64,000 bases of DNA from Eledone cirrhosa (taxonomy: Eukaryota), in assembly GCA_964016885.1 (NCBI GenBank), contig OZ024759.1:36394001-36458000 (forward strand), in the 5' to 3' direction. Shown here piece after piece: positions 13,027 to 25,897 of this stretch; within the stretch, counting starts at the first letter, position 1, and each line of letters starts with the position of its first letter. The notes under the pieces are model-generated. The model saw only the letters and a program-made list of their open reading frames with translations. It ran no database searches and was not told the DNA's origin. Both the position numbers and the translations under genes were made by a program.

Positions 13027-15857
13027 GGGAGACATGATATGAAGGTTAAAAAACACTTGTGAATAGTGCAGTTTTAAATCAACATATGAAAAGTAGTTTT
13101 AGATTGATGTGTGATATTGGGAAAAAAATTGAGGGGGGGGGGGGGGGTGAACAAGAGGGGGAGGAGTATAATAAGGAAGGATGAGATAGGAGAGATGGGT
13201 GATAGAGAGAGAGAGAGATATAGCTTTTATAACTGAGAAAAATATATTGTTTTACATAGAGAGGTTAAAAAACCGTTGGAAGATAATATATAAATTAAAA
13301 GAATTTGAAAATTAACGAAGAGAAAAATTTTAGAATAATGTTAAATTAAGGTTTGTATCTTTCGCTTACAAATATTCAGACATCATCACAGATGAACTTC
13401 ACATCATTCTCACTGCACGTAAAACCATCCTAGAGTTCAACAATGAATATTGGACCAGAGCTGATACCTCTAACAACTTTGACATCACAATGGGAGCATC
13501 CGATTCATCCCAATTGACAGATTTAATTGGTATCTTTATTTTGAACTCTTTGAATCGGAAAATTCCTCAACTTCGCGGTGGAATTTATCGTGACGATGGA
13601 CTCTTTACTATCTTAAATTGCAACATAGTTAACCTTAATATTATTAAGAACAATATACGTAATCTCTTTAACCAACATAACTTAAAAATTGAATTTGATA
13701 ACAGCATCAAACTAGCTAATTTCTTGGATGTATCTCTTAATCTTGACACTTACCATAAAAACAATGAGAACCTAAATTATGTTAATTTTAAATCTAACCA
13801 CCCCACTAATATTAAGAATGCTATAGTTAGTAATATTGGAAAAAGAATATCCAACCTATCATCTAATAAAAACATCTTTGATGCTAACGCCAATTACTAT
13901 AATAACGAGCTTTCTAAAGTCGGTTATCCTGATAAAATCAAATATAGTAAAGAAACAAATTCTAGAAGATCTTACAGTAGAATAATTAATCATGATCATT
14001 CCAATAACTTTAAAAAGACCTAGATACAAAAACATAATCTGGTATAATGCTCCTTTCTCCATCTCTATTAATAATAATATTCCTAAATTATTCTTTAGTG
14101 CCTTAAATAAATGCTTCCCTCCCTCACATATCTATAGTAAAATATTTAACAAACACACTATAAAATTTTCCTATTCGACCTCCTCCAACATCTCCAACAT
14201 TATCTCTAAACACAACAATAAAATACTAAATACTAAATCTCTTCCTTCCAACACTGAATATCATAATTATAGTAATAGTACTCCCGACATCATTGTTAAC
14301 TCTAGGCTAATTTCTGCAAACCCAAATACAACGTCAAACGCAACTTCGTTAAATGTTCTTAATCCCATTCTAAATCAAGAAACTATTATTCCTATCGTAA
14401 ATAACTTCTCCAATCCAATTCCTTCTATAGATAACACTAGGTCACTTGTTAATAACTCTGTTAATTTCTCTAATCGCAATTGTAATTGCCCTGTTAAAAA
14501 TAAATGTCCTCTCAACAACCATTGTCTTGAAAAAAACTTAATCTACGAATGTAAAGTTATAACTGACACCAATTCCTTTACCTATTTTGGCTCCACTTCC
14601 ACCTCCTTTAAGGCTCGTCTTTATAATCATCATTCGTCTTTCAAATACCAACTTAAAAGAACCAACACGGCACTCTCAGAACTCATATGGTCCTTGAAAG
14701 ACAAAAATATTAACTATAACATCTCTTGGAGGAAGGTTTGTTCTGCTTCTCCATACTTGAATAGTTCTCTATCCAAGACATGTAATCTCTGTTTATGTGA
14801 GAAATTTACCATTATATCTAATTTAGATTCTATAATAAATAGACGCACTGACTTGTTTTCTCTCTGCTTGCATAAATTCCACAGAACATTCCATAAAGTA
14901 TACAGCTAATATCTAATACTTTACCAATTTAAAATCCTTTTCTCAAAGGCACATATATATATACATATATATTTCTTTAAAAATATACCCATCTTTTTAC
15001 CTTATTTCAATGTTATTTATTATACATTATATAATACTAGTTACTCATTCTATATCACTCCTATTTATCACTTCCCTTTCTTTCTTTTTCTTTTAATTTC
15101 TAACCTCTAATCTGTACCTTTTCTTCCTAGATACTTCTCAATTCTCATTATTACTCACCACAATATATCCTTACCCTTTTAAATACTCTATAATATCACC
15201 TTGAAAAATCCTTCGTAAACATAAACATTTTTTTGACATTAAATTATTCATCCTCAATTCATTATTTTTTTCTCTCTTTCATGCTCATCTAACTTATACA
15301 TATTACACTTATTCATCCACTCTTCTACTTCTTTTCACAATATATCCTTAATTACATTACTATTGTTATATTTTTATATTTTTTTAATAATACATATCAA
15401 CAATTTCTTTCCATCGCACATATTATTAAACCCTTAAATATTATTCTTAATACATATTAACAATTTCTTTTCATCGCACATATTATTAAACCCTTCAATA
15501 TACAAACCTTAATTTAACATTATTCTAAAATTTTTCTCTTCGTTAATTTTCAAATTCTTTTAATTTATATATTATCTTCCAACGGTTTTTAACCTCTCTA
15601 TGTAAAACAATATATTTTTCTGTTATAAAAGCTATATCTCTCTCTCTATCACCCATCTCTCCTCCTATCTCATCCTTCCTTATTATACTCCTCCCCCTCC
15701 ATTCTTTACTCTCATCTCCTCCTCTTTTTCATCCTTTCCACCCCCACCCCCTCAATTTTTTTCCAAATATCACACATAAATCTAAAACTACTTTTCATAT
15801 GTTGATTTAAAACTGCACTATTCACAAGTGTTTTTTAACCTTCATATCATATCTCCC

Positions 15858-15928
15858 TATTTTATCTGACGAAAACACAAATGTCATCGCATGATGATAT
15901 TTGTTTTTGAAATGCGCATAATAAAATA
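15858..15928 (+). ncRNA. Type I hammerhead ribozyme in the Penelope-like pLTR
   Basis: TATTTTAT-CTGACGA-[16-bp stem II, 1 mismatch, loop GCAT]-GAAA-TGCGCA-TA-ATAAAATA. Stem I is 8 bp; stem III is palindromic and minimal. Confidence 0.88.
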
Positions 15929-17265
15929 CATGGAACTCTTTTAACCATCTTTTGATCTTATATATTATTTATACTCCAGTGCTACAAACTGTAGAGTGCT
16001 ACTTATCCGATATCTGCATTGCTTTATTGTACTACAATAAAACTCACCTCCTACATATATATATATATATATGTAGACACAGACACATGCATGTATATGT
16101 GTATATGTTTCTATATACACAAACATATATATATATATATATATATAAAAGTTTATCCTGGGTTCAATCGGGGGTAACCACAGTAAGTAAGGTACTCAAT
16201 ACAAAGCAGAGTATAAATATTTAATGTAGAAAAGGCTTCTACAGGACTAGAACTGTTTCATTCGGGAGAAATCATCAGGTTTCTGTTACTGTCCAAGTAA
16301 TATGGAGGTATTTATATCTTTTCTGGTGGTAGGAGAGGGTGGCAATTTGGATGGGTGGAGGTCATTGGTTGATGGGTTTAATATATATATATATATATGT
16401 ATATATATGTACATACATATACATGCATGTTATGTGCGTGTGGTTATAAAAGGGTTAAGCTATTGTATATAACTGACAGCACTGTAGTAATGGTGTAGTA
16501 GTAGTAGGTGAAGATAGTAGTGAGAGAGAGAGAGAGTGGGAGAGAGAGTAATAGATGGATGTTATAGAGTACAGCATCTGGAGAATAACTGAGTTTTTTT
16601 TTTGTTTTTTTTTTCAGCTAAAAATAAAAAGAGGTAGGATTAGATAATTGCGGCAGAGTATTTGACTGTTTATAACTGTGAGACTATTCTATAGAGGATA
16701 TATCTAATTCGACTTTAGGAGAGAGAGATATTAACACTACTTTAACCCCCAGCTAATCAGGCCTTTCTACATCATAGAAAAATGTGGTTTCTACAGCTGG
16801 ATTCCCTTCCTAACACTATCACCTTACAGAGTGTACTAGGTTTATTATATCATGACACCAACACTATCACTTTACAGAGTGTACTAGGTGTATTTTATTG
16901 TGGTACCAGCACTATCTTTTTACAGAGTGTACTGGGTGTCTTTTATTGTGGCACTTGTATTACCACTTTACAGAGAGAGAGAGAGAGAATCGACCCCAGT
17001 ACTAGAGCAGAATTTCATTGGTCTCAAAAGGATGAAGGGTAAAGTTAACCTTGCTGGATTTGAACCCAAGAACGTAAAGATCCTTAACAGTTGCCACAAA
17101 GCATTATATACAACACTTTAACAACTCTGCCAATTCACAAACCTATTCAGTAGATATTACATAAAAGACAAAACAATCATAACTGGGATGCCTTTGACCA
17201 TCAACCTGATCAGGGTTCAATCAAGAAGAGCTTAAAGGAACAATAACAACAAGAGTATAACTTAC

Positions 17266-17399
17266 TGTAGGCCGACTCTGTTCTTTCTTATTTCTTTGAA
17301 TTGCATTAATTTCTGTAGATAATTCTTCAGTTATCTTTATGAGGTTTTCATAGTCCTCCGACAGCTTCTCATACCTCTGACGTTGATGGTTTAATAAAG
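17266..17399 (-). CDS. TAB2: TAB2/3 coding exon 3 (coiled coil, TAK1-binding region)
   Basis: tttgtcag|CT joins phase 1 to give YINALLNHQRQRYEKL (cf. vertebrate TAB2 YTQALLVHQKARMERL). Ends QSRPT|gtaag. Confidence 0.9.
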
Positions 17400-17809
17400 C
17401 TGACAAATAGATAGACATAACAGTTGATGGTTTAATAAAGTTGACAAATAGATGACAATCAGTAAATGGCTGGTGGTTTAATTCAAAGTCCTGTACCCCA
17501 TGAAACCACATTAGCAAGACATTCTTGAAAAATAACCTGACTGCATCACATTAAAAATTAAAGACTTTTTTAGTTTACTGTAAATTTTCATGATTTGTCC
17601 ACTAGTAAAGATACTATAAACATTTGAATTGAATTGCATGAAATTGCTAGACATTCTTGAAAAGTATAAGACAACATTACAACTGTTTCACATTAGAATT
17701 AATCTTTACTTTAGCTTAATGCAAAATTTTGCAATAATTTGTCCACTAGTAAAGATACTATAAACGTTTCAATTAACTCCATTTTTAGTAAAATTGAAAA
17801 ATAAATTGT

Positions 17810-18216
17810 CCAGATGTGGTTGGTAGTTTAATATAGTTGACAGATGTATGGACAGATGTGGTTGATGATTTGTCAAAGTTGACAGATGTATGGACAGATG
17901 TGGTTGGTGGTTTGTCAAAGTTGACATGTATGGACAGATGTGGTTGGTGGTTTAATATAGTTGACAGATGTATGGACAGATGTGGTTGGTGGTTTGTCAA
18001 AGTTGACAGATGTATGGACAGATGTGGTTGGTGGTTTGTCAAAGTTGACAGATGTATGGACAGATGTGGTTGGTGGTTTGTCAAAGTTGACAGATGTATG
18101 GACAGATGTGGTTGGTAGTTTGTCCAAGTTGACAGATGTATGGACAGATGTGGTTGGTGGTTTGTCCAAGTTGACAGATGTATAGACAGATGTGGTTGGT
18201 GGTTTAATATAGTTGA
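17810..18216. repeat. 42-bp minisatellite, ~9.5 copies
   Basis: Unit GTTGACAGATGTATGGACAGATGTGGTTGGTGGTTTGTCAAA. Confidence 0.92.
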
Positions 18217-19853
18217 CTAACATGTCAACAGAAAGGGTTAGGGTTTTTTTCATTTGGTAATATTTTAACAACTTGAATGTTAAAGAGGCTGTTTTGGTGC
18301 TACTATAAAAAGCACCTGGTCCATGTTGTAAATGTGGTTGGCATTAGGAAGGGTACCAGCCATAGAAATGAAGCCAGAAACAGTTCTGTATGAGCAAGAC
18401 GTGGTCATCTGGCCTGACTTGACTCACAAGGGGACAACTTGTCTAACCCATCCTAGCATGGAAAAATGGAAGTTAAACAGCGATGATGATGATGATGATG
18501 ATAAGTATTAATATCATCATCATCATCAACATTAACATCATCATGACTATCGACATAACCATGATCATCATCACTATATTAACAATGCTACCATCATATA
18601 GCCATCAACATTACCAACATCTCTATCATTATCATGATACATCATCATCACCACCATGTGAAGGCATGCAGCCTAGTAGTAAGGGTGTTGGACGTACAAT
18701 CATAATGTTGTGGGTTTGATTCCTGGACAAAGTTGTGTCGTGTTCTTAAAGAAAACACTTCATTTCACGTTTTTCCAGGATATTCAGCTGAAAATAAGTC
18801 CCAGCAATAGCTGGGAATTTAAACCTGTGATGGACTGGCGTCCTGTCTAGGGAGAAGTCTTGTACTCTTATTCGCTTAATGCCAAGTTAACTAGAATAAG
18901 CAACAGCCTTGCGAAAGATTGTAGACTTTTTAGATATCACCATCAACAATATCATCATCATCATCATCACCCTAATGATCAATAGTACTACCACCCTTTT
19001 CATGATTAACAATTGAGTGCAAGTCAGAGATCACCTTCTGTTCAGTTAAGTAACACCATAGGATCGATTGACTTTCGTCAAATCGGACCGAGGAAACAAT
19101 GTTTCCATTGGTCTTTCCAGTTGCTAATACTATCTATCGGTCGCAACTCCAGGTAGAAGGAGCAACGTGAAATAAAGTGTCTTACCCAAGGACATAACAC
19201 ATCACCCGGTCCAGGAATCAAACTCACAACCACTCAGCCACACGCCTTCACAAGTAACACCATGTAGACTGCAAATTCCAGTCAACTTATTTTACAAGTA
19301 TATATGCTATATTACAATAGGCACATTAAATAACTCTTAACATCCTGTGCCACATGAAACTGCATTAGCAAGAAATTCTTCACAAGTAAAGCATAGCACT
19401 ATGACCACATCACATCAAAAACTGAAGTCTTTACTTTAATGCTACAAATTTTCACAATGATCTATCTACTAGTAAAGATACTATAAACATTTGAAACAAC
19501 AAGCCTGTTTTTAGAGATGACTGAGGAAGGAAGGGGTGATGATGTCACACTAGAGATGACTGAGGAAGGAAGGGGTGATAACGTCACATTGAGGAAGGAA
19601 GGGGTGATGACGTCACACTAGAGATGACTGAGGTAGGAAGGGGTGTTGACATCACACACTAGAGATGACTAAGGAAGGAAGGGGTGATGACAAACTACAG
19701 AAAACAGCATCTAACATTCACTACACTTGAGTGTACAATCTATACACACACACATATATACATATGCGTCAGTGTGTTGAAAAAACATTCTAGTATTAAA
19801 AACAACAGTAGATAAAATATTTTCTTTTTTTAGAATAATTAAATGGTACACAC

Positions 19854-20799
19854 CGTTAATATAACCTTGATCATCAGGAAGGTGAACTCGTTCAGATTGA
19901 GATGGTAGAGCAGATACACTTGGGTTAATAGAATGTACATAGGTATTATTTGCTGATCTAAAGTGAATAACACTTGCCTGTTTAGTGTTTATTGCAATAT
20001 CAGGTGGTGGGTAGCCATGAAGATTATGATACTGGTATTTAAAAGGAGAATCATTTGGATGGAACTCCAGTGGCTGGGAAATTTGAGACGATGGGGAGTG
20101 TTTAGGGTTAATGTACTGTCCGCTTATATGCGGGCTGTTTCCAGACACGGACTGCGGAGAGTATGGGCTTGTTGGCTGGGGAGAGTGGACAGTTGTAGTA
20201 TGTACCGGATGCAGCATGTTAACTTGAGGGTCGTACTCGTGTAACCGGCCCTTGTTCATATTTGCTGACTGGCTGTATATATCCCGAGGGTGAGCCTCGA
20301 TATAAATATTAGCATGGGTTGAATGCTGAGGACTGGAAACAACAGCAGTGGGCATAATTAAAGGGTCAGTGTTCTTCCGATGTTGAGTGGGCCAGTGTAG
20401 TGTGTCATTATGCGGACTGCAAGAGTAGGGGCCATATTGCTGTATTGACGGCCTACTGTATTGTTTCTGGTAGGCGCTTGGGTCTACCTCCGAGGTCTGG
20501 ATATGATGGACAGATATCTGTCGTACTGGAGGGGTCATCTCAGAGGTCTTGCAGGTAATATGAGGAATCTTGCTAGTGTTTGGAACATTGCTCATATATG
20601 GATCAAAATCAATATGTGGGCTTGAGTTCAGTTCCGGAGAATGTGCAGAAACAGGACTATTTTTGTTGAATTTATGTATCACTGTTGGTGGAGAAACATC
20701 AGTCTTTTTAGTATCCAAACTCATTCGAGCCATACTGCTATTTATAGTCGGTGTTTTCTTATTCAGCTCTTCCACGCATTTCTCCTTGTCATTGTTGCA
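19854..20799 (-). CDS. TAB2: TAB2/3 coding exon 2 (CUE end + long Ser/Pro/His-rich region)
   Basis: Acceptor ttttag|TGC AAC AAT GAC gives CNNDKEKCVEEL, completing the CUE. 946 nt open, ending DDQGYIN G|gtgtgt (phase 1). Confidence 0.9.
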
Positions 20800-20877
20800 C
20801 TAAAATAGAAAAGAAAAAAAGGGAGAACATAATATTTTGATATCAACCTAAGCAAGCATGACAAAACAGACATAAAA

Positions 20878-21282
20878 ATGATGATGATGGTGGTGGTGGT
20901 GGTGGTGGTGGTGGTGGTGATAATGATGGTGGTGTTGATGATGGTGGTGCTGATGGTGATGCTGATGATGGTGGTGGTGGTGATGGTGGTGATAATGATG
21001 GTGGTGTTGATGATGGTGGTGCTGATGGTGATGCTGATGATGGTGGTGGTGGTGGTGGTGGTGATGGTGGTGATAATGATGGTGGTGTTGATGATGGTGG
21101 TGCTGATGGTGATGCTGATGATGGTGGTGGTGGTGGTGATGGTAGTGGTGATGGTGGTGATGCTGATGATGATGGTGATGGTGATGATGGTGGTGGTGAT
21201 GATGATGCTGATGGTGATGCAGATGATGATGGTGGTGGTGGTGGTGCTGATGCTGATGGTGGTGGTGGTTGTGGTGGTGATG
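20878..21282. repeat. (GAT/GGT)n triplet repeat
   Basis: Mixed ATG/GTG triplets; explains the poly-M/V ORF. Confidence 0.95.
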
Positions 21283-22136
21283 AAAGCTATTAGATCAGAG
21301 AGTCACTCCAGGTAGAGCGGCTACTTCTCCGATATGAGAGATCACAGCTCCGATACTATGGACATGTAGTTAGAATATCTGAGGAAAAATTGCTGGCCAG
21401 ATGTTACAGGCAAAACCAACTGACAGGAGACCCGGGGGTAGACCCTGAGCAGGATGGTTGGATAATATCCATGAGCTTGGATGGTCATGCTTGGGAATTC
21501 AGCCGGATGCGTCTGACAGGACCCACTGGAAGGAATGTTTGAGGACTCTGCCTCCACGACTCTCAGGAATAAGTGGAAGAAGAAGAATCTTTTAAAATGG
21601 GTGAGGTTTTTTTCTTATAGACCCAGAGCTGTTTTCAGCTAGTGGGTATAAAAAGAGTTAAAAGATAAACAGCTGTGTATCATTAAAAATAGGGGTAGTT
21701 TCAGACACTTTAGTATCAAAAGGGTTAACCCTTTAGCATTTACACCAAACATATCTGGCCAGAATTCTCTCACCTCTTTCTGTTCAAACTCGTCGTAACT
21801 GGCCACTCATAATTGTGTTATGATATTGTTTTCAAAATAAATAATATCAAAATCTCATAGATTCAATATTATGGGTGTATGTTAGGTGACAAAAATGGAA
21901 AATCATATATACACTGACTGACATCTGGTTTAAAGTGTTGATTCATACTCAAACTAACACACTCAGATAATTGCAAACATTGACGTATTAAATAGATAAG
22001 GCTTCTTAATTTGTCTCGAGATAGTTTCGTATAATATCTCAAGCTGTGGTGCAGGTCAAACACAAACAACCCGAGTGCTGATAAAATACATATTCACACA
22101 TACATATATACATGTGTGTGTGTGTGTGTGTGTATG

Positions 22137-22168
<32 letters not shown>

Positions 22169-22719
22169 CGTGTGTGTGTATACATATATATGTGTGTTTG
22201 TGAATGTGTGTGTGTATGTATAATATGTGTATGTGTGTGCGTATATATATATATATACATATATATATTTGTGTGTGTATGCATATCTGTATATGTATAC
22301 ATAGGGTTGGTGGCACGATAAAATGCACCCTATACATTCTGTTAGGGGTTGGTAAAAGGAAAAACATCCAGCCACATAAAACTTGCTGAAAAAGGATTAA
22401 AATAGGAGAGAAAGAAAGATGGGAGGGAGATTAAATAATGAAAAACAGATGAGGGAGAGGGTGAGAGCAAACTCTTGGCTGGGTGGTGTATTTTAGCTAC
22501 ATTCCATCTACCCAGCCAGCAATATCCTCTTCACCAGCCATTCCACTTTTGTGAAGCACCTTAGTGACGATGAAGGTGAAATCAACATCACTTTGTCTCT
22601 ACATCACCATAACAACCACGAAGAGAAAGATAAATGCTCAATCGTCTGTCTATGTCGCCATAGCTACCAAGAAGGTGACATCAATCAGAAAGCAAGTTTG
22701 GGGTGCATGAAGCACGTCC

Positions 22720-22970
22720 TCATCGTCACCGTTTAACGTCCATCTTCCACCCTAGCATGGGTTAGACGGGAATTGTCCCACTTGAGGCAAGATTGGTCAC
22801 ATGACCGTGTCTTGCTCGTATAGGACTGTCTGGCAAGTTTTCTATGGCTGGATGCCCTTCCTAACACCAACCACATTTACAGTGTGGACTGGGAGGTTTT
22901 TACCGTGTTACCTACACGGCCACATTACAGCGTGGACTGTGTGTGTTTTGTCGTGACACCTACACAACCG
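22720..22970 (-). mobile_element. SINE with RTE-derived 3' tail (representative copy)
   Basis: Minus strand reads GTGGTTGGTGTTAGGAAGGGCATCCAGC...CCCATGCTAG...GACGTTAAAC(GAT)n, sharing its tail with the RTE LINE. Copies near 968, 10770, 12080, 12560, 18300 (+), 23640, 28830, 33890 and 59295. Confidence 0.75.
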
Positions 22971-23261
22971 CATTAGTTTGGACTGGATGTTGTGGTACCA
23001 ACATAACTTTACAGAGAAAGGGGTGGTGTGGGTGGGAGTGGGGGGTGGAGTAGGGGTAGTGGGTTGGAGTGTATATTTGGTTAAGAGGTACCTACTGACT
23101 GTAGGTTTTGCTTTGTACATAGGCAAGGCATATTTCAGTAAACAATGTCGTGTATCTATGGTGTGTCATCAGGTCCGTCAGTGTATTCATTCTTCCATCA
23201 GTAACAGCAATCAACAAAACAATGATACTTAGTTACATCTGTAGAACAAATAAAGTTCCTT

Positions 23262-23301
<40 letters not shown>

Positions 23302-24289
23302 TCATCATCATCATCATCATCATCATCATATGCAAAGCAAATGTGAGAGAATGTCAGAGCTTGAACAAGCTGAGAGAGAAGCTGGGTTGAAGAGGAATCT
23401 GAGATGGTGTACAGGAGAGAAGACTGCTTTGGTGTGGACATGGACAATGGAAATCCCAGTGGAAGGAAGCTGCAGTGGAGGACAACCAAGAAAGTCCTGG
23501 GCAGAGGTTTTGAGAGCTGACCTCAAATTGCTAAGACTGAGAGAGGAGATGATGAAGGAATGCAACAAGTGGAGAGATGCTGAGAAGGACCCGTCCAACC
23601 CATGCAGCATCGAAAAGCAGACGTAAAAATGATGATAATGATGATAGTTGAACGTCCAGTTTCCATGCTTGCATGGGTTAGATAGGATGTCACATTATGA
23701 GACAAGTCAGGTCAGGTGACCACGTCTTGCTCACACGGATTTCCATTTTGGTCTGGTTGCTGCAACTGGATGCCCTTCCTAATGCCAACCACGTTACCAT
23801 GTGGACTGGGCACTTTGTGTTGTGTCACCATCATGACCACTTTACAGTGTGGACTGGGTGCTTTTTTTCCTCGTGTCACCAGCATAATCACCTTACAGGA
23901 TGGCCTTTATATATCCTCATCATTTAAACCCAGGTTTTCATGTCCTTGGCACCAACTCAAGAGTCTTCTTGGCTTTACTAAGTTTTCTACAGCTGAATGT
24001 CCTTACTATCTTCAGCATTTTTAAACCTAGCAGAGCCCATCCCCTATCCAGGTTTGAACACAGCCAATTTCTTCCAAAGATGGAAAGAGAGAAAAGAAAG
24101 AGATATAGAGGAAGAATCAACCCTCCCTAGTACTGGATTGGTACGTTTTTTTTCTTTTTAATCAACCTCGAAAGGATGAAAGGTAAAGTTGACCCTGGTG
24201 AGTTTTGAAATCAGAGTGTAGAGTGACAGAACAAATACCAGAAAGCATTTTATCCAACATTCTAAGAACTCTGCCAATTCACTACCTTA

Positions 24290-24783
24290 TGGCTACAAGA
24301 TTAGTAGTAACAAAGGCCGGTTATATGACGCCTGTGCGAGATGCGCGATGCTGCATGGTAGTGAGACATGGGCAGCAACTGCAGAGGATATGCGATGGCT
24401 GGAGAGAAATGAGGCAAACATGCTCCGTTGGATGTGCAATGTCAATGTGTGTGAATGACCAAGCATGGATGTGTTGAGAGAGAAACTGTGTTTAAGAGGG
24501 ATAAGTTGTAGTGTGCAAGAGAGAAGACTGAGATGGTATAGACATGTGATGTGCATGGAGGATGACCGCTGGGTAAAGAAGTGCCAAGAAATGCCAGTAG
24601 AAAGAAGACGCAGTAGAGGAAGACCACAAAAAACATGGGCGGAGGTGGTGAGAGCAGACCTCAGATCACTGAAGCTTGCGGAGGAGATGACGAAGGACCG
24701 TGACAAGTGGAGAGATGCTGTGCTGAATAGGACCCGTCCCACCCTTGCAAGCAGGGAAAAGTGGATGTATGATGATGATGATG
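24290..24783 (+). mobile_element. RTE LINE 3' end with (GAT)n tail
   Basis: QERRLRWYRHVMCM...GRPQKTW followed by (GAT)n; ends 38 bp from the TAB2 exon donor. Confidence 0.85.
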
Positions 24784-24820
24784 AAAAATTAAAAAGTAAC
24801 AGAATTAAATATAATCTCAC

Positions 24821-24922
24821 CTGCTTCATCACAGCTTGCAAAACACACTCAGATAAGTGAGGGAACTCTTTCTTCAGTGCTATGAAGAGCTTCACTTTCA
24901 GGTTGCCTTCAAACTCTGCCAT
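24821..24922 (-). CDS. TAB2: TAB2/3 coding exon 1 (start of CUE domain)
   Basis: MAEFEGNLKVKLFIALKKEFPHLSECVLQAVMKQ contains the CUE 'FP' motif. Donor CAG|GTGAG, phase 0. Upstream acceptor tttttcaag at 24951. Confidence 0.88.
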
Positions 24923-25812
24923 ACTGTCACACGTTCATGAAGGTGAGACCCTTGAAAAAACACAAACATAAACACAGTGAAAAATAACTAAATTAATTAA
25001 TCAGCTAAAATAAAATACAGGAAATTTGTGTGTCAAGGAAGTAGTTATATAGTTTTCTCTCTTCTGAAAACCCCCAAAAAATGTTTCTAATACTAATACG
25101 ACAATGATGTTGTCAAATTTGACCTGTACTAAAAGATATTGTTGCTACCATCACTACTGTGGTTACTACTACTGTTTACACCATTATTGTTTCTACTGTT
25201 GTTACTACAACTACTACTGCTACTATAACAACTACTACTACTAAGAAGAAGACAGATTGAGGTTTACTAAAGTCAAGGGAAACTTGCAGATTTAAGCAGC
25301 TGCACATATGTAATCAGGATAGAGACCCTCTTGGCCTGCCTGGGAGGTAAGAGGCCACGCCTCAGTACCAACTTGGCCTATGTAGACCCAACCAACACTT
25401 GCTAACAGGGAAAGCAGATCATAGATGATGATGATTGTGATATTATATGTATGCATATATATATATGTCTGCGTGTGTGAGTGCATGTAGGTTTACAGGC
25501 ATCACTTTAAAAAAAAAATGTTAAAAGCCACCTCATGGCATTTGTTTATGTGCTGCATAAACAATGTCCTACTGCACAGCATTTCCATGGAGACTACTGG
25601 TATTATATAACATAATAAAGTAAGGGCTAACATGAGAAAGAGAAGTTGGTTATTGAAAAGCTTCCTCAAAAACTCTGGTCCAAATCATGCCAGCAGGGAA
25701 TAAAATGGATGTAGAAGTGACAATGTGAATATGTGAGTGTGTATGTATATATATATAGTAAAATAAAATAAAACAAGAAAGATTGGTTCCTCCTTCATTA
25801 TGTTTATTGGTT

Positions 25813-25897
25813 GGTGACATGCGTTTCGCCACAGATCAGTTCATGGTTCGATCTGTATCGATCAAGCCCGACTCTGTAATCCGCAGCTTGTCAGACC
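25813..25897 (-). ncRNA. Decayed type I hammerhead with long stem II insert
   Basis: GGT-CTGACAA-GCTGCGGAT...ATCTGTGGC-GAAA-CGCATG-TC-ACC. The core has a G8A change consistent with CpG decay. Confidence 0.6.

Larger units (their letters stand above)
12917..16053 (+). mobile_element. 5'-truncated Penelope-like retroelement (RT + GIY-YIG) with inverted pseudo-LTR
   Basis: Frame from 13361 contains FDITMGASDS, IYRDDG and NFLDVSLNL. A frameshift near 14000 is followed by CNC-x4-KCPL, LIYECKV-x7-YFGST (GIY-YIG-like) and CNLCLCEK. 12917-13358 is an inverted copy of about 15500-15968. Flanked by (TA)n. Motifs suggest the Naiad/Neptune group. Confidence 0.9.

Noticed and set aside
13992-14909. Selenoprotein-type recoding or programmed frameshift in the Penelope-like ORF
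   Set aside because: Knuckle cysteines are ordinary Cys codons with no in-frame TGA. The copy is truncated and has an apparent internal deletion, so the frameshift is more simply decay.
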